Below, piece by piece: positions 27,701 to 38,898 of a stretch of DNA of 64,000 bases. This DNA comes from Vicugna vicugna. Lineage: Eukaryota. The stretch is from contig MU059546.1 of assembly GCA_013265495.1 (NCBI GenBank), positions 496,001-560,000 of the forward strand, given 5' to 3'. Below the pieces are notes generated by a model. That model did no database searches. It saw only the letters and a list, made by a program, of their open reading frames with translations, and was not told the DNA's origin. The position numbers were made by a program, and so were the translations under genes. How positions within the stretch are numbered: the stretch's first letter is position 1; every line of letters begins with the position of its first letter.

Positions 27701-30700
27701 CGGTGTGCGGAGCTTCCGGAGCCGGTGGGTGCGGGCTGCCTTAGACAGCCCCACATGACGGAAGGGCCCGCTGGGCATGGCCACTGGCAGCTCCGGGGCC
27801 ATGCCGTTGAGGTCAGCTGGTGGGGAGGGGGTGGGTGGTCAGTGTCACCAGGGTCAGTCAGGGCCAGGCCCACAGATGGGGGTCCAAATACCCCCCCACC
27901 TCTCCCAGCCCAGGGGCCCCCTCACCCTGCTCAAAGGCTGACGTCCCTGCACTGCCTTCCTGGCCTGCCAGTTCCTCGCTGGACGACATGGTGCCACTGG
28001 ACGACATCCGCTCGAACTTCTTAAAGTCCCCTGAGGAGGAAACAGGGCATTAGACACCCTGAGCCAGGAGGCTCCAGGCAGGACACTCCCCCGAAGGCCC
28101 TCAGCTGGCACTCCCCATCACTCCAGCTGCACGGTGGGGCCACTGAAGTCTGGGAGGGGCAGCAGCTTTCCGCGCCCCGCCAGCCAGGGAGGCCCCTCAC
28201 CTGAGCCAGGGCTGGGGTCCAGACTGGCATCGGAGTCTGAGATGGAGATCGGCCAGGATTTGTGCACCTGGTGTCCGCGCCCACCTGCGTGTGCAAGGAG
28301 GCATCCCTAGTGAAGGGCTGAGGTGGGCTGCAGGGAGGCTGTACCCAAGCGCACCAGACACTTACCCCTGCGCTCCTTGACAAGAGTCCCGTCGCTGGGC
28401 CCACCTTCCTCCAGGGGGCTGCCCGCCGCCTCCGCCCCCAACGTGGCATCGCCCACATTGAAGCTGCCCTTCCGGGCGCGCATGACCGGGGACCTGGTGG
28501 GGCCAACAGCCAAAAGGAGGGACCATGATGGGGGTCACAGAGGCTCGCCGCACCCACCGCGATCGCAAGGCTTCCCGGAGCATGCGCAGACGGCGTACCA
28601 GGCGTTGGCGGAGACGTGGGGCTCAAAGTCATAGTGCACGTCGGGCTCCTCGCCGCGCTGCAGCTGGCGCACGTGGGAAGCATACTGCTGGCCCGGGTCG
28701 TACAGCTTGCTGCTCTCGCACAGCATCTGGAAGAGCACAGGCAGCGGGGCCGTCTGCATGTGCATCATCTGGTAGTAGGAGATGGTGGCCTGTGGGCAGG
28801 GCAGGGCGCAGACAGCCGAGTCAGGGGCGGGCCCCGCAGCTGCCCCGCCCACCCCACTGCGGGGAGCGCGGGGGCACCGCACGCACAGACTTGATGGTCT
28901 GGTCGCTCTGCCGGATGACCTCCTGGATCTGCCGGAGTGCGGTCACCTTGGTGTCCTCCAGCTCCTGCTTCTGTGTCTTAGCATCTGCCACACATGTGCG
29001 GTATGTGGCCATGGCTTCCTCCGCCTGGGGTGGGGACAAGGGCATACCCAGAGAGACCTCAGCCCGAGGTTCGCCCCTCAAGGCATCGTCAGACCCCACA
29101 CGGAAATCAGCCAGGCGGAGAAGGATGGGAAGGCAGGCGTTCCTGGCAGGAGATGCAGTCTGGACAGAAGCAGGCAGTTCTGCACCAGGGTCAGGGCCTG
29201 CCGCCACAGGCATGGCCTCCTCGGCCCCTCTCCAGCCTGCACCTCACCAGCCCGCACCTTGTTCTTGGCCTCCTCCTCCAGGCGCCGCCGCTTGTCCAGA
29301 GTCTTGGAGGCCACGCCCCCTGCCCCCGGCCCGGTGCCTGCCTGCTCTTCCTCCGCCTTGGCCACCAGGAAGCGGGCCTTGTCGTGGTCCTCGCAGCGCT
29401 GAACGTAGCCCTGCTTGGCCTTACGCAGGTTGGACTCCGCCTCTTGCTGCAGGTGTGGGAGTGAGCAGACAGCGCCCCCATCAGCCAGACACCGAGTCAG
29501 GGACCTCCACCACCCACATCTCTTGTCCCAAGATCCTACAGCCAGTTGAGCAGAGGCCCCCGCCCGAGAACTGATGGTGGAAGAATAGGAGGTGGGATCT
29601 CCAAGGCCCCAGAAGGAGCCAGCATCCGGGGTGCCCATTTCACAGCTGGGGAGGCTGAGCACACCTAAGCTCTGAAGAAGGCATGGATGGCATCGTCTTC
29701 TTACACCTACACCCACCCCTGCCGCAGCCACTTGTGCTTGTCTCTCTCACTTCCCTTCTTACAGATGAGAACAGTGAGGCCGCCCAGACAGGAAGTCAGG
29801 CACCCTCAGGGTTGGCAGGAAGAGCACATAGTCAAAACCGAGTGCGCCTTCTGGGGGCCACAGCTTGCAGCCTACACCATCAGAGTTTTAAGCATAAAGA
29901 AGAGAACTCATACAAGTACTAGGAGAAACCACAGAAGAATTTTTTAAAATAAACACAGTGTGGGGAAGGCCTTTCCATGCATGACACAGAACCCAGAAGC
30001 CATAAAAGAAAAGACTACTACTAACAGTCGTGGGTTTCAACTGGCAAAACCGGCCACAGGTTAAATCAAAAGTCAAAACGCTAAGTTGGGGGTAGGGGAG
30101 TCTGTAACACCTATCATCAAGGGCCGGGATCTCTAATATGTGAAGAGTTCTGGCAAATCAATAAGAAACAGAGTACCATCCAATCCAAGGTGAGCAAAGG
30201 ATAGCAACTCAGAGCTCACGGAAAAGGAGAAGAAAGGCTGTGGCTCAGAAGGGCAGCTCATACACTCACCCCATGATTCAGCCACTACCTTTTGGGCACT
30301 GATCAGAGATACATGCTAGGTCACCTGTCTGAGACAAGGGCACAAGCACGTCACAGCAGTGGTGTTTGAAACAGCAACAGCTCAACAACAACTGAAGTGC
30401 TCACGAATAGGAATTTAGTGGAATAAGCCACACGGTGCTGCAGCTGAACACCTGTAGCAGAGGAGAAGGGACAAGGGGCTTCACGGGGACTGAAACAGGG
30501 CAAGTCCCTGGATGTGGAGGTGAGGGTGAAAGGCCAGAGGCAGACCGGGGCCTCGGCAAGCTGTCAGCCAGTGTACAGAAGAGGGGGAGGCACACTTGCC
30601 AGATGTGCTGGGGAGGCCACAGGACGCCACTAGCTACAGCTGGCGCTGTGTGGACACTGCACCACAGACCCCGTTAATAGACCTAAAAAGAAACCCAAAA

Positions 30701-33700
30701 GATACCAGTGCCTTTGGAACAGCCCAAAGGAGAGGTGAGAAAAAAATAACATGAAGGAACCTGGAGTATCCACCAGACCTGAGAGAGCCTCAGTTTCCCT
30801 CCAACCCAGGCCTGTTCCTGGTGGCCTCAGGGGACACCGTTTCTCCCCATGACTGAACGGGGACAGTGATAGGGGCCGAGGTCACTCCTGACACAGCTGG
30901 GGCTGATGGGGCTGGAACACCTTGGAGTCAGGACACCGCAGCCAGCCCCACATGGGCACAGAAGGCCATGGTCCCGGGTATCCACGAAACTCTGGAAAGG
31001 ATCCCCTCCAGTCTCTGCTAGGGGACTGAGCATGCGCAGGCCAGCCCGCCCTGCCCCATCCCACCCCCACAGCCCCACGGTACCAGCTTCCTCTGGGCGC
31101 GGTGCCAAGACTCCTTGATCTCCTTTCTGCGCTTCTCGTGCTCGAGCCGCCTCAGGTTCAGAGGCTGGGGGGAAGACAGGCATGAGTGGGGCCCGCAGCA
31201 CCCTCCTTCCCACCCACCCTACGCTGGGTGCAGCCCACCTGCATGAAGGTCTGGGTCTGCAGCGTGCCCGCTGCCTGCACCATGCCGTGGCCAAACTCCA
31301 GGTCCTGCTCCAGCGCCAGCGAGTAGATGGACAGGAGGGGCATGTGGGGCTGCGGCGGGGGGAGAGGGTGGCAGTCACAGGGGTGGGACAGGAGGGGGCC
31401 CCAGCACCCCACGCCCTCGTGGAAGCCCTGCCATCTCAGCTACTGTAGTGTAGACAGGAAGTCCCTTTCCTTCAGCCCTTCTTGGAGGGGCCTAGACTCA
31501 CACCCAGGCCTGAGGGACCCTGCCCGGTACCCCAGGGGCCCCCACCTCCTGCATGACATTCTGTCTACAGTTGTGCACGATCTTCTGCAGGCCTTTGGCA
31601 AAGTCCATCTCTGCAGGCAGGGAGAGGTGTGAGTGCAGGGGGGATGGGGGTGGGGCGGGGCAGGGCCCCCCAGCCAGACCCCCACCCTAACCCTGTCTGG
31701 CTCGCACCCAGTGCCATCCGCTTCTCCAGGTAGCCAATGAGGTCCTTCATGTACTTGGCCATGTTCTTGGCATACTGCAGCGCTGCATCCACGCCGCCCT
31801 CACAGCGCTGCAGCAGCATGTCCACCTCCTCCGGGGGCAGGCAGCCTGTGGGGGGTCTGCTCAGCCCGGGCTCCCCCTCAGCCCACCTTTCCTTCCAGCC
31901 TCTGCCCGAGTCCTCCGCCGCTCGGCCCACCACTTGAGCATGTGCCACCCGCTCTGTGGTTCCGAGACTCACCCACATCACAGTCGTCGGTGCTGGGTGG
32001 GGCGCCCTCACTTCCCTGTCCATACAGATTCTCCACGGACTGCACAGGGGGAAAACAGGTGAGTCCAGCCAGGGCTGGGGCCTGTTTGATGCCCACCCTG
32101 CAGGAGACAGTCACCACAACCCTGGACAGAGCAGGGGACCACAGTCCACAGAGGGAGCTGGGGTGACTCACCCACCCTGCCAGCCTGACCCCATGCAGCC
32201 TCCAGGCCACCCCAACTCACCTGGCCCAGGTCCCCAAGGGGCACTGACAGGAGGATGCTACTGTCCACTTCACCCATGAGGAACTCAGACACACTGCAGG
32301 GCAGGGGGGTGCAGATGTCAAGAGGCACACAGGTCCCCACGATTCCCCACCCCGGCGTCGCTGGCCCCATGCTCACGTGCTACTGAAGGACACGGCAATG
32401 GTCTCTAAGGCCTTCTCAAACTCCCGCTTGTCAGACTCGTTGTTGCACTCATAATGGAAGGCTGAAGTGCAGAGACGAGGAAAAGAGGGTTTGGCCTAGT
32501 CTGGGAGGTAACCACCTGTGCAACTAACTGAAGGGGTAACATTGGAGCTGTTGGGCCTGTCAGACTCCTATGCGTCCTTCAAAACCCACTTCAAACATCC
32601 CCTCCTTCAGGGAGCCCTCCCAGGCAGAAAGCCATTTCTGCCCCATCCTAGCCAACTGACCTTTGGTCTTGGCAATAAGGGTGCCAGCAGCTGTAAGCGT
32701 CTCCACTGTGTTCAGCAGCGGGTACTTGGACATGACCTGGTACATCACACGAAGTGCCTCACCCAGGCACTCATGGGCCAGTGGCCGGCGGGCCTCCAGG
32801 AGGTCTGCTGGGCAGAGTGGGTGTGAGCAGGGAGAGAGGGGCCCACCTCCTCCTCAGAGCCCCTGTCCCCAAGTGGGGAGACAGGCAGAGATGGGAGGGC
32901 AGCTGTCTGAGGCTCGGCCTGTGACCTCAGTGGGAGCAATGTTCCTCTCTGAAGTGCTGGCCAGCTCAACCAAGGCATAGACGTTGGCGTACGTAGTCCT
33001 GCACAGAACATTCTTTCCTCGTCCCTCCAGAAAACAAACTCCTGCTTGCCTTCAAATTTGTAGTCCTGGTCCTTCCTCCTCCATGCAGCCCACCTGGCCC
33101 CTTCCCTGCCCCAAACCCTCAAGGCTCTGTCCAGCTCTCTCCCAGCCCTGCATGCCTGGACACTGGGGCTTAAACACCTCGTTATCTTACTCTCCCCAGA
33201 CAGCCACCCCATGGGGCAGACACTGTCATCACCCCCATTTGGCAGATGAGGAAAGAGGCACAGAGTGGAGAAGTCAGTTCTCAAGGATCACACAGCTTTC
33301 AAATCTACACTAGCTCTGAAGGCATGAGAATGCCAGCCAGATAGATCCTGCCTGACAAGGGCAATGCCTTTCAAGGGCAATGGGGAGCCACAGAAGGTGT
33401 TAGAGTGAAGGAGGGTTGAGGTCATATCTGCATCTTGGAAAGTGGCTTTAAATGCCCTCCTCAAATGTTCTTAATTGGAAAAAAGCAGTGTGCGCAAGCA
33501 GAACAGTGTGTGCAAAACACGCACCATCTAGTGGAAACCAAGCCACAGGAATGCGTGGATAGGGAAGGAATGACCAGACTCTGAGACCCAGGAGGAGCCT
33601 GGCCACCAGTTGGGAGGATAACTTTCACACCTGTGGACCCTAACTCTGTGCCTGGTAGGTGATGCTCAAAACCAAACCAAAACCAAAAGAGTGGAACCTA

Positions 33701-36700
33701 AAAAGAGGTGCCTGATCCCTTTGCAGCACTGAGGCCCCTGGCTGAATGCCACCCACAGGGAGACCCCCTCCACGGAATGCCTGCTCCAGATACAGCCCGG
33801 TGCCTCAGACCTGGGTGCAATTTGCTGCCTGAATCCAAGGCCAACTCAAGGAGGCGGGAAGGAGCCTCAGGAAACCAGGGAAGCCAGGAGAGAAAAGGCC
33901 AGGACACGCCCCTTCCCAGGACACTCCTTCCACGCACCCGCCCCTCTTGCCTGGGCCTCAGCCACTCCGGTCGCGCAGCATCCCAACCTGCGAAGCCAAC
34001 GGCAGGTGGGATTCTGGCTAAGCTCAGATATGCCCAGCTTGGCACAGCCAAGGCAAGTGCCTGGCAGCCCTGTGTCCCCCCATGGACTGGTGGTAAATGT
34101 CCCAAGCTCCACGTGCTCGCAGCCAGACCCCTGCACCCCGCACAGTCCCCTCACCTCGGGGCCCCGTCTGGCAGCAGACGGGGCCCTGGTCCAGAGCCAG
34201 GTGCACCGTCCCGCAGATACACATGGCTCGACTGTGAGCGCGCGGGGACCTCCGGGAACGCGCAGGACGGACTAGACGACCTACACAGGTCCAGGGTCTT
34301 TGGTGCTCGATCCTCCGCAGCCAAACCGGCTCTGGCCGGTCCGAAGACCCCGCCCCCGCAGAGAAAGTCTCCGCCCCAGCGTCCCACAAGCCCTGGCTGG
34401 GGTTTTCAGCTCCCAGGACTGGGGAGCAGGAGTCCGAGACTCAAGGAGCCTTAATTCGATTCAGGGTGGGGCGGGCCAAGGGTAGGCCGGGAAACAGGCT
34501 CAGGACGTCAGGAGGCGCGGGGACACCCCGCCCCGCCCACATGGATCCTGGCGCACTCTCCCCCCACCGCTGCCCCCGCTTCCTCCGCTGACAGCACAGG
34601 GGTCACCAAGTCGCTGTATGGGTCTCACTAACCCCACAATAGGCACTATATTGCAGAGGACATCTGGTTACAGTCAGCGACCCTGCCTGGTGTATCATTA
34701 CCCCATTTCACATTGAAGACACCGGAGGCTTAGAGAGGGGACCGCTGGTCTGGAGCCTCAGCCCAGCAGGGGCAGCGCTGGGACTCGAACCCACATCCTC
34801 TCAGCCCCTCAGCCCAGGGCTGCCCCTAGATGCAAAGCAGGGTATCTGGCCCTGGCCCAGCCTCCTGCAGGATGCCCAAGGGCTCAACTCCACCCAGGCC
34901 TGGCCTCCAAGGAACCTCCAGGATAGGAAAGGAACCGAGATTAGAGTTTCCCCAGGAAACAACTATGGCGCCCACCACCTTCCAGCCCAGGGGCTGCCAC
35001 TCCCCACCCAGCAGGCGTAGCATCAGTAGAGCACCCCACTAACGCCTGCAGAGCTGAGGTCTCCCTCCAGGCTGAGGTCTAATTTCGGCTCCGGCCCCTC
35101 CTTGGCTGGGTGAGCTAGAAGTCAGGGGCCCACTCTGGGCCTTAGTTTCCTCATCTGTAAAATGGGCACCTGGAGGAGCAAGTCAAAGTGTTTACCATGG
35201 CCCTGGCACTGCGGTTTCCGGGAGGAGAGATCACAGTGCCCTCTCTGGCTGCCAGGGACAAACAGGAAGCAGATGAAAATAACTCGGCAGGAAGCTGGGC
35301 TGTCAGCGGACGCGTGCAGGAAAAAACGGAACTGCCATCCCACAGGCCACTCACTCCCACAGTTTACGTGCCAGCCCTGCCCCTTGTCCCTCTTGAATCT
35401 CTCTCCATTGAGACTTAAGCCCACCTCCAGTCCGTTTCAGTCCAACACACAGATCTCACCTCGTTCCACCTCTGCTCTAACACCTTCTATGGCTCCTCAC
35501 CGCCCTCAGGTTAATGTCCAGGGTCCTTCTGCTTGCCAGTCTCAGTGCCTTCAGCCTCACACACTTCATACACCCCAACCTTGTTCCCACAAATTCATAT
35601 CTGTTTCATGTTTCTGAGTCTGTGCATGTGACATTCACTCTGCCTCAATGCCATTCCTTCCTAGTTGCCACCAAACTCCTATATATCCCTCAGAACCCTT
35701 CTGCAATGGGTTTTTCCAAGAAGCCCTCCCTACAACCTCCTTCTAGCCTCCCCAAGTCCCTTCCTCTATCCTGCCTTGACCCTACAGGGTTTGGGGTATC
35801 TGTGTCTGGCCCTGCCTTCCACCCAGGCCTTGGTGTCCTGGCGGTCCTCACCATCATGCAGAACACACTCCTTCAGCTTCTCGAGGCCCTCGGCAAAGCG
35901 GGCCACGTCAGCCAGCAGGTGGGAGATGTCCTCCACGGAGTCGGGGCCAGGCCCCTGGATGGGTACCTCAGCCGGGCTGGCTGCTGCCAGTGGGCTGCGG
36001 TGGCTGCGGCCTAGCGTCCAGGTGCTGGCTCCAGACAGCGGGAAGCCAGCAGCACTGGCGTGGCGGCTCAGGCTGGTGGGCCTCTTGAGTGTGCCAGTGG
36101 CCTTGGCATTTGAGGCAACAGTTGGTGGTTCCAGGCTGGGTCCGAGGGACACTGCATCAGCCCCATCTCTCCTGGGCAGCTCCTGGTTGGGGAGGAGAGG
36201 GGAGGGGGCGCTGGTAGAGTAGGTTTGCCACCTAGCCCTGCCTCAGCTTCCGCAGAAGTGAAGTGGGGCTCGGGAGGGTCTTCAGCCTGACCCTGCAGGG
36301 GTCAAAGGCCACAGGTCAGTGGGCTGAGATTTGGGGTCGTGCCCCTCCCACACCTGTTACCCAACATCCTCTTCCCCAGAGCTTTCACAAACAACGGTCT
36401 GCCCAAACCACAGCCAGGGGCGGGGCCTGCAAGGGTGCGGGGGAGGGGCACCTCACTTCCTGGGGGGTAGGGAGGGCCAGGAGAGGGTCCTCAACCTCAG
36501 GCTCCTCTCAGGCTACGCCACTGCAGGCAACCCTACTTGCTGGTAGAGACACCGCCTGGATTCCCGAGGCCCCTGAGTCCCGTGGACTCCCCCAGGCCTT
36601 GCAGATGCCCCCCGACTGTGGAGACACCCCCAGGCCTTACACCCAGAGATCTTCTTCCTCACTCTTCTCCCACTAAACCGTCCACCTAGTGGTCCTCACA

Positions 36701-37168
36701 TCTCACAGTGCCTGGAGGCCCCAGATTCCCTGAGCCCCCACCATACAGAGTTGCAGACCCAGGGCGCCTACACCCTGGCATCCGCCCCACCCACTCCCTG
36801 GACCCCACAGCTGGCCCTGGAAGGGATCGGAGGGTGGAGTGGCCATCCCGAAGGGCTCTGACCGTGAGCTGAACGCTGGGGGCCCAGCCTGTCCTGTGTG
36901 GCCCCTGAAGCCCGGCCCGGCAGGGGCTGTAGCTGGTTCGAGCCCTCCGCCGCTGCCCCAGCATGGCCCTGCCCAGCCCCTGCCCGGCCAGGCCCCGAGC
37001 ATAGGGTACCCCTCTGTCTCCCTGCTGCCCGGGTGTGGCTCCAAGGTCCCCACCCGCTCCGAGCAGAGTCTCACTCACCCCTGAGGGCTGCGGGCAGGGG
37101 CTTCCCGCCCGGTTCTTTTTCGAGATGGAAGGGGTTTTCATGAGCTCCCGCTTCTTCCTGGAGAACAT
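24740..37168 (-). CDS. ARHGAP45: Rho GTPase-activating protein 45 (HMHA1; F-BAR, C1 and RhoGAP domains), 1139 aa. complement(join(24740..25092,25452..25560,26256..26466,26549..26775,26992..27129,27226..27414,27644..27816,27926..28030,28201..28284,28366..28493,28599..28789,28887..29024,29258..29446,31084..31164,31239..31349,31546..31610,31708..31845,31973..32039,32221..32293,32377..32461,32661..32804,35852..36182,37079..37168))
   Basis: 23 exons sum to 3420 nt in frame. N-terminus MFSRKKRELMKTPS; C1 domain HRLRKLRTPAKCREC...CCLACHKKC; arginine finger GIYRVNG; NLGIVFGPTLL; C-terminus RQPEFV*. Confidence 0.96.
29940..30480 (+). mobile_element. Old L1M fragment in an ARHGAP45 intron
   Basis: gcctttccatgcatgacacagaacccagaagccataaaagaaaag and aaatcaataagaaa... 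A-rich L1-like text. Confidence 0.55.
34155..34224 (-). CDS. ARHGAP45: ARHGAP45 internal alternative first coding exon (MCICGTVHLALDQGPVCCQTGPR)
   Basis: ATG in GCCATG context; 70 nt ending at a G|GTGAGG donor whose phase 1 matches exon 3. A CpG/GC-box-rich region lies upstream (34230-34570). Confidence 0.7.
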
Positions 37169-38171
37169 GGTGGGGCCGGGCCAAGTGGCCCTAGTGGCCC
37201 GAGGTGGGCCGGGCTGGGGGGTCTCAGCGCTGCAGCTCCTGGTGTAGGTGGCCACTGGACCACATTGCCGCGAGCCACCCCCTCCCCAGCTGTCAGGCCC
37301 ACGTGACAGGCCCAGCCCTCATTGGCGGTGCTTCCCCCCAACAGGAAAAGGCCTCCGGAGGCGGTGACGCAGACCCGCCCCTGACCCTCCCCAGCATCGG
37401 CCTCAGCCTGCCCCTCTGCAGAGTGGGCTCGAAGGTGGGGTCCCAGGCCCCGCCCCCTCGCTTCCGGTTTCAGGAGCTCTGCGCGTGCGCGAGCTGGACA
37501 AGGTGCCCCAGCCTGGCACTGGCGCCCCCGGGCAGGCACTGGGCAGCACTGCGGCCGACTGCAGAGACGCTGACCCGCACTCGGACAACCCAGATGCAAC
37601 CAGAAGGACACAGACTTCCAGAGACAGGCTCAGACACGTGCTCAGAAGCCCCCGAGCTCCGTGGAGGAAATGGATGCCCCACACATAGATGTCCACCCTC
37701 TAGGCCCCGTCCTTTCCTGGGTGTGCCCGCCCTCCTCTGGTGACACCCCCTGCAGACCTCAGGGCCTGGGCAGCAAGGGGCACAGTGGGTCACCTCCCCT
37801 CTGCCTCACACCTGCACTGGTCTTAGCCCACCTCCCCACACCTCCCCAATTCCATATTCCAGGGACACACATCGACCATGACCACTGGACAGCTAGCCAG
37901 CAGCCGGGCTGATAACCACCTGAGGCCACCACGCCACCTCCTCCCCTCCCTGGCAGGGCCCCCAGAGCTGGGGCAATGTGCACTGCGTCCAGCTCTCCAC
38001 CTCCTTCTGTCCTCCACGCACCGCCCCCCACCCATGACCATCTCTTCTCTTCAGCGCCCCTAATCTGAGCCATCTCCTCTCCCCACGTCTTCCTCCCTGC
38101 CCCTTCCGGAGTCTAGCCCCCATCTCCAAACCCCGGCCCGTCCAACCTCCCCAGCACTGGCCCACACTGAC

Positions 38172-38309
38172 CTCAGTGGGCAGAGGAGGATCTCCGGGGC
38201 ACAGGGCATGCAGGCCACAGCCCCTCACGACAAATCCAGTCCTCCAGGCCCAGGTCCATCCACAAACCCAGTGCAGAAGTCCCTTAAAGATCCTTTGCCC
38301 ACCACTCAT
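38172..38309 (-). CDS. ARHGAP45: ARHGAP45 upstream alternative first coding exon (46 aa, MSGGQRIFKGLL...DPPLPTE)
   Basis: True ATG at 38309; 138 nt ending GAG|GTCAGT, whose phase 0 matches exon 2. Confidence 0.6.
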
Positions 38310-38785
38310 TTCTCTGGAGGCCAGGATCAGGGGATGAGGGCTAGCTGGTGGGCTTCTGATCTGGTCAGGAGGCCCGAGGTCCGAGCCACTGCTGCTGGGC
38401 TCCTCCAGCTGCCCGAGACATTCCTGAGCCCTGACCTCATGCCCACTTTATGACCAGCGGCTCACAGGTCCCGCCCTCAGGTGCCAGAACCACGTGGGCA
38501 TGTAGGGGCCCCGGGACCAGTGTCCAGGCTCTTATGAAGGCCACCCGTGCACGTGAGACCCCTGTTCCCCAGCCCAGCACAGAGGCCTTGACAGCTGGGA
38601 GTCCAGTTGGCTGTAGCTGGGGCCTCCCCTGCATCCCACAAAGGGCATCTGTGTTCACAAGCCCACACCTGCACACACGTGGGTGCCAGGCCTGGGATCC
38701 AGACAAGTGCACACAGCCAGCTTTGGAGAAGCACGCAGCCTGGCGCACGGACACACGTGCACACTGCTTTACACCACGACTTCTC

Positions 38786-38791
38786 TTTATT
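38786..38791 (-). terminator. ABCA7: ABCA7 polyA signal AATAAA
   Basis: TTTATT on + strand, about 110 nt after the stop codon. Confidence 0.8.
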
Positions 38792-38898
38792 TCCTCCTGA
38801 GCAGCGACCCTTCTGGGAGTCTGGGTCCATGCTCCAGGCCCTCTGCCCTGCCTCTGTCACTCCCAGGGCCTCCCACCAGCTCCACAGAGGAGATAGGC

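Noticed and set aside
28525-29574. 349-aa plus-strand ORF (also 5888..6814 and similar)
   Set aside because: Antisense shadows of ARHGAP45 and SBNO2 coding exons with no independent support.
37169-37255. MATYTRS... extension of ARHGAP45
   Set aside because: Starts with GTG; the canonical ATG at 37168 has a good ACCATG context.
37918-37922. Alternative donor CAG|GTGGTT for a longer upstream ARHGAP45 exon
   Set aside because: Weak site; the stronger in-frame donor GAG|GTCAGT at 38172 comes first.
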